A stretch of 64,000 nt of DNA from Escherichia phage phiWec188. Location: sequence record LC739537.1. One strand, given 5' to 3'. Of the stretch, positions 39,332 to 47,730 are shown one piece after another; position 1 is the first letter of the stretch; each line of letters begins with the position of its first letter. The notes under the pieces are model-generated. The model worked only from the letters and a program-made list of their open reading frames with translations. It made no database searches and was not told the DNA's origin. The position numbers were made by a program, and so were the translations under genes.

Positions 39332-40060
39332 ATGATCGAGAACTTTTTTAAAGAGATTAAGGTAGATGTGGACTTCTATAAGAAAGCAGCTAAACATGTA
39401 ATCGATTGGAATGCAAAAGCGCGTGGCGGAGAACAGCCGGAATTTGACCAGGCAATGTTTGTTTCCCAAATCGGGTTTGTTCGTGAAGAACTGAAAGAGT
39501 ATGAAGAAGCCGCTAAAACTAATGATCACGTTGAACTCTTGGATGCAGCCGCCGATGTATTCGTTGTTTCCAGTTACCTGGTGTACATGTTCTTTGGTGA
39601 AGAAGCAACTCTGAAGTTCCTTGAGAATCAGGTTGGTACTGTCTTCACAGAAACAATCTACACCGATTTCGACAATATGGAAGCTACCTTCACTGATCCT
39701 GTTCAGATGGCAGTATTGAGTGCTGGTATTATGAACCTTGCGCGTGATACGCTGGTGCGTTCTGTTTATGCCGACAAAAAGATTATGAAAGAAGTTCTTG
39801 ACAGTAATGACTCTAAGTACCCTACTAAGAAGCAACTGCTGGCTGTATGGAATACTTCCGATATTGATCTTGCAATTTCACAAGAATGTGCAGCGATTGA
39901 AGAGCGTAATGCCAATCGTCCTGAAGGTGCTTACACTGGCGTACATGCTACGTACAATGAAAAACAGAAAGTTTATGTGTTCTTTGATGATAAAGGTAAG
40001 ATCATGAAGCCTTCTACCTTTGTTAAACCTGATATTGCAAAAATCATTACTAAGAAATAA
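39332..40060 (+). CDS. MazG-like nucleoside triphosphate pyrophosphohydrolase (putative)
   Basis: 242 aa; all-alpha acidic motif pattern REELKEYEEAAKTNDHVELLDAAADVFVV resembling the MazG/HisE EExxE...D signature. Confidence 0.35.
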   Translation: MIENFFKEIKVDVDFYKKAAKHVIDWNAKARGGEQPEFDQAMFVSQIGFVREELKEYEEAAKTNDHVELLDAAADVFVVSSYLVYMFFGEEATLKFLENQVGTVFTETIYTDFDNMEATFTDPVQMAVLSAGIMNLARDTLVRSVYADKKIMKEVLDSNDSKYPTKKQLLAVWNTSDIDLAISQECAAIEERNANRPEGAYTGVHATYNEKQKVYVFFDDKGKIMKPSTFVKPDIAKIITKK

Positions 40061-40068
40061 TCTGTAAG

Positions 40069-40090
40069 CCGCCCTTCGGGGCGGTTATTG
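40069..40090 (+). terminator. rho-independent terminator (weak T tract)
   Basis: CCGCCC-TTCG-GGGCGG hairpin followed by TTATT. Confidence 0.45.
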
Positions 40091-40117
40091 TGAGAGTTAA
40101 ATAATAGGAGGAAATAT

Positions 40118-40996
40118 ATGTTCGTTAAATCTTTTAAATCTGCACTTCCGATGGTTGCTGGTGATAATGCTTCTGTAGCGTCTCTGAACGAGTTCAACGA
40201 ATTTCCGATTGACTTTGTACCTGCTGAAGGATCTCAAGCCCATACTATTGGTCTGGTTCGTTTTGAAGATGATGGGAAATACGTAAAAGAGTTCTCCGAT
40301 CTGGAACTCCTCCAGGTTGGTCAATCTGTTAAGAAAGTTGACAAGAAGAAAGTTAAACGTCTTCTTAATGAGCGCCTGGAAGAAATTCGAGTAGATATGG
40401 AAAGCCAAGGTCAAGAATTCTTTGTCGCTAAAGAAGACATGAAAGTCCTGAAAGCTGATATTGAATTTGGTCTGCTCCCAGAAACCGAACCGGAAGATTT
40501 CTTCAATTATGTGGTTCTGGATAAAACAACCAACCTGTTCTATGTGATCAACGGTAGTAAGAAAGTAGCGGAAGCTATTACTTGCTTCTTCCGTAATGTT
40601 TTGGGGACTTTCCCCTCTGTAGGTTTTAGTGTGCACGAAGAAGCAATTGTCAAAGGTTTTGGTACATTGTTGAAAGAACACGAAGCTGATCGCCTTACTC
40701 TTGGCAATTACATTAAACTGGAAGATAGTGAAGGTGTTGTTGTCTGGACGAAAGAATCTCTTTACGATTCCAAAGCAATCGAACTTAAAGAAGATGGTAA
40801 AGATGTTGTCGCTATTGGCTTGGAGTACGATGGTGTGCTGGAGTTTGTCGTAGATAAAGAGTTGAAGTTGAGCAAGCTTCGTTTCCCTAAATACTTCAAC
40901 GATGACGAAGGCTCTATTGAAGCATCTACTCTACTTTGCTTCAACGAGATTCGTGGTTTGATGGCAGATCTGACGAAAGCAACTATTCTTAAATAA
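40118..40996 (+). CDS. RdgC-like recombination-associated protein (putative)
   Basis: 292 aa; C-terminal segment (LEYDGVLEFVVDKELKLSKLRF...DEGSIEA) resembles the RdgC C-terminal pattern as recalled; size matches RdgC (~300 aa). Confidence 0.4.
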   Translation: MFVKSFKSALPMVAGDNASVASLNEFNEFPIDFVPAEGSQAHTIGLVRFEDDGKYVKEFSDLELLQVGQSVKKVDKKKVKRLLNERLEEIRVDMESQGQEFFVAKEDMKVLKADIEFGLLPETEPEDFFNYVVLDKTTNLFYVINGSKKVAEAITCFFRNVLGTFPSVGFSVHEEAIVKGFGTLLKEHEADRLTLGNYIKLEDSEGVVVWTKESLYDSKAIELKEDGKDVVAIGLEYDGVLEFVVDKELKLSKLRFPKYFNDDEGSIEASTLLCFNEIRGLMADLTKATILK

Positions 40997-41000
40997 GTGC

Positions 41001-41029
41001 TTGACTTGCAGACTTCATTGTGATACTAT
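41001..41029 (+). promoter_or_regulatory. sigma70-type promoter
   Basis: TTGACT (41001-41006), 17-bp spacer, TACTAT (41024-41029). Confidence 0.5.
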
Positions 41030-41057
41030 GCCTACCTACTCAACGAGGTAGGCTTTT
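41030..41057 (+). terminator. rho-independent terminator (overlapping promoter -10/+1)
   Basis: Perfect 8-bp stem GCCTACCT/AGGTAGGC with 8-nt loop followed by TTTT, then AGGAGG RBS of next gene. Confidence 0.5.
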
Positions 41058-41067
41058 AGGAGGTGTT

Positions 41068-41277
41068 ATGAAAAAGACAATTGTGGCGTTACTGTTGGCA
41101 ACAAGTTTCTCGGCAGCGGCTGGACAAACTACTCTCATTCTTTCGGATGAGGAAGTTAGCGGCAATACTAAATATTGTTTCTATTCCAACTCCATCTACG
41201 ACAAAGTTATCCAGATCTCTGCGAGTCGGCAATGTCCTTACACAAAAACATTCAGTACGGATGATGACGATGAATAA
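41068..41277 (+). CDS. small secreted protein (signal peptide, two Cys, acidic C-terminus)
   Basis: MKKTIVALLLATSFSAAAGQ signal peptide; ATG with AGGAGG RBS; track ORF begins at upstream alternative start 41020. Confidence 0.5.
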   Translation: MKKTIVALLLATSFSAAAGQTTLILSDEEVSGNTKYCFYSNSIYDKVIQISASRQCPYTKTFSTDDDDE

Positions 41278-41321
41278 TAGGGGGAATTATCAGCGGGTAC
41301 ATTTTAATAAAACCGGAAGAT

Positions 41322-42413
41322 TTGCACAAGTATGTTGACCTAAACACTGTTGTGGTTATCGATTATGACCAAGTGGCTTTCCAAGCAGCTTCTGCTGTAG
41401 AGAAGCGTCGTATATTGGCTAAACATGCAGCCTCCGGTTCCGAAAAAGAATTTGACAATAAGACAGAGTTTTGGGGTAAGAGTAAAACTGAAATTGGTGG
41501 TTGGCTTGGAGCATTGAATGCTAAACGAGAAGAGCAGGGTAAACGTCCTTTCACCAAAGAAGAGTTTGAAATTGTCGATGTGCAGTACGTACCAGACACT
41601 TTGTCACATGCTTTTCAAGCAGCTAAAACAAAAGTTCAAGCGATCTTAAAGCATTTAAGTTTAGAAAAATATTGCGGGGTTATTGGTGTAGGGAAAACCT
41701 TCCGACATGATTTTAAGATGCCTACCGAGTATAAATCTGAACGATCTGACATTAAGCCTTTACAACTATCCGATACCAAAGACTACTTGGTAGAGCAACA
41801 CAATGGGGATGTTGTTACGGTTATCGAAGCCGATGATGAATTAGAGAAGTACGGTTTCCAAGGTTACAAAGATTACAAACGCACAGGAAAATTCTCTTAC
41901 ATCCTGGCGTCAATAGATAAAGACAGCCTATCCACTCCAAGCATCCTCTTTAACTTCTACAAAGAAGACGGTGTATTCAAGAATCCAGATATCATCTTGA
42001 TAGACGAGTCCATCGGAGACTTGTGGATTGTTGAAAAGGGCAAGAAAAAAGAGGTGAAGGGTTGGGGATCTTTCTGGTTGGCCTATCAGATGCTGATGGG
42101 AGATAAAACGGATAGCATCCGTCCTTACCAGGATTTTGGTATTAAGTTTGGAGACGTTTCTTGCTTCAACTTGATATCTGAATGCAAGACCCAAGCTGAA
42201 CTTTTCCAGAAAGTGAAAGATACATTTTATACCTGGTTCCCTGAAGGTGTTAAATTTACATCTTGGGATCGGGAAGCAGTAGAATTAACAACCGATCAAT
42301 GGATCGAGACAATATTCCAACTTGTTTACATGAAGCGTTGGGATAACGATAACACAACTTTTGAGAGTATGCTTCAAGCGTACATTTCACAACAGGAGAC
42401 AATTAATGAGTAA
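41322..42413 (+). CDS. 5'-3' exonuclease / flap endonuclease (T5 D15 / T4 RNase H-like)
   Basis: 363 aa; segments TVIEADDELEKYG, ASIDKDSLS and GDKTDSIRPYQDFGIKFG resemble conserved acidic blocks of phage FEN-family exonucleases (recalled from T5 D15). Confidence 0.5.
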   Translation: MHKYVDLNTVVVIDYDQVAFQAASAVEKRRILAKHAASGSEKEFDNKTEFWGKSKTEIGGWLGALNAKREEQGKRPFTKEEFEIVDVQYVPDTLSHAFQAAKTKVQAILKHLSLEKYCGVIGVGKTFRHDFKMPTEYKSERSDIKPLQLSDTKDYLVEQHNGDVVTVIEADDELEKYGFQGYKDYKRTGKFSYILASIDKDSLSTPSILFNFYKEDGVFKNPDIILIDESIGDLWIVEKGKKKEVKGWGSFWLAYQMLMGDKTDSIRPYQDFGIKFGDVSCFNLISECKTQAELFQKVKDTFYTWFPEGVKFTSWDREAVELTTDQWIETIFQLVYMKRWDNDNTTFESMLQAYISQQETINE

Positions 42414-43371
42414 ATTAACAACAGAGCAGAAAGTAGAAATCATTAGCCTTAAAACACAAGGTCTTTCTTCTCGCCAGATCGCTGCATTAGTTCTCGGTAG
42501 CGCGACAAAGAAAAGTACAGTGAACGATTTCTTGGTTCGTGAAAACTCTGCCAACGCTGGAACTCCTAAAGTTAAACCAGAAGGTCCAGTAGTTAAAATT
42601 ATTGACGTTGAAACAGCACCAGAAATTGCGTATACTTTCCGTCGATTCAAAGCTTTTATCTCTCCTGATCAGGTGATTCGCCGTGGTTACTTGTTGTCCT
42701 ACTCTTCCGCAGATCTGCGTACTGCTGAAGTTGAAGGTAAGAACTTGGCAAGCTACCCTCTGTTCGATATTGATCACACAGACGATTGGGAACTGTGCCA
42801 AGACATTTGGAAGCTTCTGGATGAAGCTGATATCGTTGTAGCTCACAACGGTGTTAAATTTGACCGTGCTTATATTAACCAGCGTTTCGCATACCACGGA
42901 ATGGTTCCTCCATCGAACTATGTTGTGGTCGATACTCTGAAAGCAGCTAAGAAACAATTCTTCTTACCATCTAATTCTCTGAAAGAGATGGGTGCTTACT
43001 TTGAAACAGAGAGCGAAAAACTTGATAACGAAGGGTTCCCGTTGTGGAAGGCTTGTTGTGAAGGTGATCGTGATGCGTTTGAACGTATGCAAACTTACAA
43101 CGATGGTGATGTAGTTTCTCTGCGAGATCTGTACATTAAGATTCTGGCGTGGATTCCGCAACATCCTAACGTATCTGCTTACTACGAAGATACTAAAGTT
43201 CGTTGCTCTCGTTGTGGCAGTGCACATGTGAATGTACTGGCAGATAAGAAGTACCACACAGCAGTAAGTTCTTTTGATATTATTCGTTGTGAAGATTGTG
43301 GTGGACTTTCTCGTGGACGTGTTAACAGCCGTTCCAAAGATAAGATGAAAAATACCATTGTCGGGATTTAA
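42406..43371 (+). CDS. DnaQ-like (DEDD) 3'-5' exonuclease with N-terminal HTH
   Basis: ATG at 42406; N-terminal helix-turn-helix-like region (LSSRQIAALVLG), then exo motifs IIDVETAPE, VAHNGVKFD, YNDGDV; C-terminal Cys4 cluster. Confidence 0.5.
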   Translation: MSKLTTEQKVEIISLKTQGLSSRQIAALVLGSATKKSTVNDFLVRENSANAGTPKVKPEGPVVKIIDVETAPEIAYTFRRFKAFISPDQVIRRGYLLSYSSADLRTAEVEGKNLASYPLFDIDHTDDWELCQDIWKLLDEADIVVAHNGVKFDRAYINQRFAYHGMVPPSNYVVVDTLKAAKKQFFLPSNSLKEMGAYFETESEKLDNEGFPLWKACCEGDRDAFERMQTYNDGDVVSLRDLYIKILAWIPQHPNVSAYYEDTKVRCSRCGSAHVNVLADKKYHTAVSSFDIIRCEDCGGLSRGRVNSRSKDKMKNTIVGI

Positions 43372-43375
43372 TAAG

Positions 43376-43398
43376 AAAGGGGCTTCGGCCCCTTTTTT
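43376..43398 (+). terminator. rho-independent terminator
   Basis: AAAGGGGC-TTCG-GCCCC hairpin followed by TTTTTTC. Confidence 0.8.
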
Positions 43399-43408
43399 CA
43401 TTTAAGTG

Positions 43409-43437
43409 TTGACACAGAGAACTAATTGCGATACAAT
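43409..43437 (+). promoter_or_regulatory. strong sigma70-type promoter
   Basis: Consensus -35 TTGACA (43409-43414), 17-bp spacer, TACAAT (43432-43437). Confidence 0.6.
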
Positions 43438-43480
43438 CTTTATCAACAAGGCATACCGCCTTAAACAAGAGGAGACTATC

Positions 43481-43939
43481 ATGAGTAAGAATATTATTGT
43501 TTTTCGTAACGCTGCTGATTTCCGTAATTATGCCGCAGAATCTGGTCGTAACAATGCAGCCCGTGCTTTGTATCGTCAGTTCTTACGTTTAAATAATCTG
43601 GACCGTAACGAGCTAATCCAGGATTCCTCTGGTTTGACAGTAGGGAAAGATAACCGTCAACAGGTACTTATCGGAGGTTGCCTGTACGGTGTGTCTGTGA
43701 ACGATAAAGGTGATTGCCGTCAGTACGACAGTGACTATGTTGGTCTGATTAATATCTCCCCGACTACGGGCAGAGTTCTACTGGCATTCACTAACGATTT
43801 GTCTTTACACAAGAAACCAAACTTGATCCGCACAAAAGGAAACAATGCATCTTATAACGCTGCTCTTAGCGAAGATGCTTCTGTAGAGCTTGAAAACTTT
43901 AAAATCTGGGATAATACCACTCCAGAACAAAATTACTAA
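43481..43939 (+). CDS. hypothetical protein
   Basis: ATG at 43481 with GAGGAG RBS downstream of the promoter (track ORF starts at 43406). Confidence 0.45.
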   Translation: MSKNIIVFRNAADFRNYAAESGRNNAARALYRQFLRLNNLDRNELIQDSSGLTVGKDNRQQVLIGGCLYGVSVNDKGDCRQYDSDYVGLINISPTTGRVLLAFTNDLSLHKKPNLIRTKGNNASYNAALSEDASVELENFKIWDNTTPEQNY

Positions 43940-43948
43940 GGGGGTTGA

Positions 43949-44176
43949 ATGAGCATTACATTAACGGGTAATGAAATTTTTGAATTATTTGAAATGTTAG
44001 GGATGAGTTATTCTATTGACAAAGACCCTGATCTTCTAAATGTGGAGATCACCGTTTTAGAGAATGGTGAACTTCTTGATGATAACGGTAATGTTATGTA
44101 CCGTGGTCGCGTTGCTTATTACACAGACTACCCTGAAGAAGGTGGAGTCGGAATCCAGGAGGAAAATTATGTCTAA
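43949..44176 (+). CDS. hypothetical protein
   Basis: 75-aa ORF. Confidence 0.4.
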   Translation: MSITLTGNEIFELFEMLGMSYSIDKDPDLLNVEITVLENGELLDDNGNVMYRGRVAYYTDYPEEGGVGIQEENYV

Positions 44177-44567
44177 TGCATTTAATGATCAAGTTGACGG
44201 ACACCATTACACAGATATGGTAATGCAACCTATAGAGTTGGCTTATCTTGTAGGTGGCACACCTTGTTTCTGCAAGCTTGCTAAATACTCTACTCGTGTC
44301 AAGGGTGATCGCATGATCAACTTGGACAAAGCTATTCATTGCATCGCGCTGGAAGCTACCATGATGGAGAACCATAGTTTCATGGTACAGGAAAACTACC
44401 CAGCAGCCACAAGTAAGGCCAAAACTGATCAAGCCATGTTGCTGATTGACTTCTTCACAAAAGATCCCTTAATCCGCGAAGCTTTGAAGTGTATGTATTG
44501 TTCTTACTACCAAGATGCAATGATCGCTATCCGAAAACTTAAGGAACAAATTAGTAATGGCGAATAA
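44169..44567 (+). CDS. hypothetical protein
   Basis: ATG at 44169 with CAGGAGG RBS (track ORF begins at 44064). Confidence 0.4.
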   Translation: MSNAFNDQVDGHHYTDMVMQPIELAYLVGGTPCFCKLAKYSTRVKGDRMINLDKAIHCIALEATMMENHSFMVQENYPAATSKAKTDQAMLLIDFFTKDPLIREALKCMYCSYYQDAMIAIRKLKEQISNGE

Positions 44568-44748
44568 CACAAAACAGTACGGGGAAGGTGAGGTTTATAA
44601 AATTTATAACCGTAAAGGGGATAAGCTTTTAGTAACTATCACCATTCCAGAAAATATGTGCAAGGCAGGTTTGGATCGCCTGTTGTTCTTTAAACACAAT
44701 ATTCCACCTGGTGAATACACAATCAAGAAGGTGCCAATTGTCAAGTAA
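44557..44748 (+). CDS. hypothetical protein
   Basis: 63-aa ORF. Confidence 0.35.
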   Translation: MANNTKQYGEGEVYKIYNRKGDKLLVTITIPENMCKAGLDRLLFFKHNIPPGEYTIKKVPIVK

Positions 44749-44761
44749 AGAACCTAAAGTA

Positions 44762-45316
44762 ATGTGGGGCGAAGGAACGCCCTGGAAAACCCAATCGGAG
44801 TTCTATACATATTTACGGGGATGTTTACGTCAAGCATGGATGCGACACCCAAACAAAATCAAAGTTCTTCAAGCTAAACGTTACAAAGTTGACCGCCTTG
44901 ACAAAGACGGAAATGTGATGTTAGATAAGAAGACGGGTAAACCAAAACAAGTTTGGAACTGCAAATGTGAACTTTGTGGACATACAGGAGGAATGAAAGA
45001 CTTCCAGGTTGACCACATTCATGCAGCTAAAGCCTTGCAATGTTTTCAGGATATTCCTGACTTTGTTTTGCGTTTGATTTATGTCAAAGAAGAAGATTTG
45101 CGTATGGTTTGTAAGCTTTGCAACTCTATCTTAGCCTATGCAGATAAGCAGGGCATCTCCTTCGAGGCAGCAGCCGTTGAGAAGGAAGCTATTGCGATCT
45201 GTCAAGCGAAGAAAGATAAGAAGTGGTTGGAGTCCAAAGGTGTGACACCTGAATCCACAGCAGCAAAACGACGCAAACAAATAGTCCAAATCTTATTGAC
45301 CGAAAGAGGTCTTTGA
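44762..45316 (+). CDS. HNH endonuclease (putative free-standing homing-type nuclease)
   Basis: CELCGH...FQVDHIHAAKA...CKLCN arrangement (CxxC, DH, CxxCN) typical of HNH nucleases; ATG at 44762. Confidence 0.45.
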   Translation: MWGEGTPWKTQSEFYTYLRGCLRQAWMRHPNKIKVLQAKRYKVDRLDKDGNVMLDKKTGKPKQVWNCKCELCGHTGGMKDFQVDHIHAAKALQCFQDIPDFVLRLIYVKEEDLRMVCKLCNSILAYADKQGISFEAAAVEKEAIAICQAKKDKKWLESKGVTPESTAAKRRKQIVQILLTERGL

Positions 45317-45347
45317 GGTACTATGAAATAACTGGAGAGGAGGGATT

Positions 45348-45965
45348 ATGAAGATAGTTTGTGATTGGGATCTGGTGGTTGCTCCACTGGATGTTGCTTG
45401 GCTGGAATGGTTGGTTAAAGTTAGCGGAGATTGTGTAGGCTTCTGCGGAGCTGTCAAAAATGTTGACTACGATCTTACTAAATACTTCCCAGGTTTCCGT
45501 GAGAAGTTTAACATCGATCCTTACGGCTTTCTGGATAATTCCCATCTCTACGATACAATGGGATGTATCAAACCTATGGCTAACTTCTTAGAAGGTGTTG
45601 TGAAAGAGGGAGATAATGCACTTATTGCAAGTGTGACTAAAGGTGGACACCTTAGCTCAAAACACAAACATGTTTTAAGAACTTTGCCAACCATCGATTT
45701 TGGTAAAGGTTCTGGTAATGGTTTCTTTGCCACAAAAGAAAAATACCTGTTGCCTTGTGATATTGCCATAGATGACAGGGCAGAAAACCTGTTGTATTTT
45801 CCAGACCATGTTGTTAAGATTTACTACAATACGATGTATAAAGATTTGTATTTGGAAGAATTAAAAAAGAAACCAAATGTAGTTGTCACAGGTTTGTACA
45901 ATCAAGCAGAAACCTGTTGGCAAGTTTATTCAATGTTAAAAGAACGAGGAGAAATTAATGTCTAA
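45348..45965 (+). CDS. HAD-superfamily hydrolase (possible 5' nucleotidase)
   Basis: N-terminal KIVCDWDLVVA fits HAD motif I (hhhhDxDxV); sits directly upstream of thyX. Confidence 0.35.
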   Translation: MKIVCDWDLVVAPLDVAWLEWLVKVSGDCVGFCGAVKNVDYDLTKYFPGFREKFNIDPYGFLDNSHLYDTMGCIKPMANFLEGVVKEGDNALIASVTKGGHLSSKHKHVLRTLPTIDFGKGSGNGFFATKEKYLLPCDIAIDDRAENLLYFPDHVVKIYYNTMYKDLYLEELKKKPNVVVTGLYNQAETCWQVYSMLKERGEINV

Positions 45966-46953
45966 TATCAGTGCACAAGTCATCGCCCAGTCTATGAACG
46001 CAGAAGGGCAAGTGATTACAACTTTCGAACTGGAATACCCACGTATCATCCATTCTGAGTTGATGACGCACCGCTTATTCTCCCGCAACGCGGCTTCAAG
46101 CCGTGCTATTCCGGTGAAGACCCTGATTGAAATGGTTCGCAAAGAACCTGCTGCACCTGTTCGTTTTGGTCAACACCAACCTGGGATGCAGGATCAAGGC
46201 GTAGAATATGATGCTCTTATTGGGGCAGGTTACTCAGGTCGTGAGTGGTGGAATTTAGCTGCGCTTAGTGCAGCAAACTTTGCAGAACAAATGGCGGAAG
46301 CTGGTTACGCGAAGCAGGTTTGTAATCGCCTTCTTGAACCATTCCAGAGAATGAAGACGGTTCTGACAGCAACCGAGTATGAAAACTTCTGGTGGCTACG
46401 TGATGACGCTGATGCTGATCCGACTATTGAAGCTTTAGCTAAAGTTATGTTTGAAGCTTATGAAGCCTCTACTCCAGAACTGCTGGCTCCAGGACAATGG
46501 CATACGCCTTACGTAGATCACGTCTACGAGAACATCGGTCTGGAAGGTGATGATGTTTTGGTATTCGCTGGGTATAGCACTACAGATGAAAATGGTGATA
46601 CTGTCATGCTGTCGCTGGAAGAAGCACTTGCAATCTCTTCTTCTTGTTGCGCACAAGTGAGCTATCGTCGTCTGAATGCAACTAAAGATAAAGCTTTGGA
46701 TATCTACGGACGTTTGCTTACTGGTCGTAAAGTCCACGCTTCTCCGTTTGAACATCAAGCTACACCTATGCAAGCAACCTTGGAACTTCTTGGTGAGAAT
46801 TCGTCTGAAGATATTCTTATTAACGTTCCGTGGTATGCAGCTTCTTGGGAAGTAGGTATTACTCACAGCGATCGTAACGAAAAACTGTGGTCTGGAAATT
46901 TCAAAGGATTTATCCAGCACCGTCAGCTTTTAAATAATCATACTAAATGGTGA
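45958..46953 (+). CDS. thyX: flavin-dependent thymidylate synthase ThyX
   Basis: ThyX signature THRLFSRNAASSR (RHR...S...R motif) near the N-terminus; 331 aa. Confidence 0.7.
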   Translation: MSNISAQVIAQSMNAEGQVITTFELEYPRIIHSELMTHRLFSRNAASSRAIPVKTLIEMVRKEPAAPVRFGQHQPGMQDQGVEYDALIGAGYSGREWWNLAALSAANFAEQMAEAGYAKQVCNRLLEPFQRMKTVLTATEYENFWWLRDDADADPTIEALAKVMFEAYEASTPELLAPGQWHTPYVDHVYENIGLEGDDVLVFAGYSTTDENGDTVMLSLEEALAISSSCCAQVSYRRLNATKDKALDIYGRLLTGRKVHASPFEHQATPMQATLELLGENSSEDILINVPWYAASWEVGITHSDRNEKLWSGNFKGFIQHRQLLNNHTKW

Positions 46954-46968
46954 TTCGAGTAAATTCTT

Positions 46969-47031
46969 ATTGACTTTAGTATGAGATTTAGTGTAGTATA
47001 GCAAAACGTTGGGGGAGGTGAGATTCCCCCT
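46969..47031 (+). promoter_or_regulatory. candidate promoter plus hairpin downstream of thyX
   Basis: TTGACT (46969-46974), then TAGTAT-like -10 about 18 bp on; GGGGGA-ggtgagat-TCCCCC hairpin followed by TTTAC. Confidence 0.3.
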
Positions 47032-47049
47032 TTACAAAAGGAGAAAATT

Positions 47050-47460
47050 ATGTCATTAGTAAACACTACCACTTGGGCTACCGTGAGCATGTCTACCGTT
47101 AAGTCTACCCCAATCTGGAAGCAAGAGTCAGAAAAATACCGTGGTCATATTCCTCACGATCGTCACGCAGATGTACTTCGTGCCGCTCTGGTGTTCCTTG
47201 GTATGAACGAAGATGGCAACTTCTCTGTTGAGCGTAATGTTAACATTCGTAGTAACAACGACAACAGTTTGGTTTATATCAACACAACTCTTTATACTTT
47301 TGCTGTTAAAGAAAGCTGTCCTTTCAAACATATCTACCAAAAGAATGATATTTTTCATTATGGTGCTGAAGAATTTGGCGGTTGGGGTGTGACTCACACA
47401 AAAATGGACGATTTCGGTAATTCCTACGATCCTGCAAGAGCAGAAGACAATTCACTTTAA
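47050..47460 (+). CDS. hypothetical protein
   Basis: 136-aa ORF, AAGGAG RBS. Confidence 0.4.
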   Translation: MSLVNTTTWATVSMSTVKSTPIWKQESEKYRGHIPHDRHADVLRAALVFLGMNEDGNFSVERNVNIRSNNDNSLVYINTTLYTFAVKESCPFKHIYQKNDIFHYGAEEFGGWGVTHTKMDDFGNSYDPARAEDNSL

Positions 47461-47470
47461 GAGAGGGATA

Positions 47471-47716
47471 ATGACCGATAATAAATACGAAGGCTGTGAG
47501 ATTGAAGTTTACTTTGATGAGACAGTAGGCTGTAATGTTACAGTGATTTTAGATACTTCCAAACGCTTATCACCAAAACGACAAGAAGCAGATCGCAAAG
47601 CTAAAGCGAAAGGTTTCCACGATATAAATCATTTTGAAGGGTTCCTTTATGCGAACGGACTGTTTAACGAAATGAAATTTGGATACGATGTAGACGTGCT
47701 TGGGATTCATAGTTAA
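47471..47716 (+). CDS. hypothetical protein
   Basis: 81-aa ORF. Confidence 0.4.
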   Translation: MTDNKYEGCEIEVYFDETVGCNVTVILDTSKRLSPKRQEADRKAKAKGFHDINHFEGFLYANGLFNEMKFGYDVDVLGIHS

Positions 47717-47730
47717 GATAGGGAGGAGAA

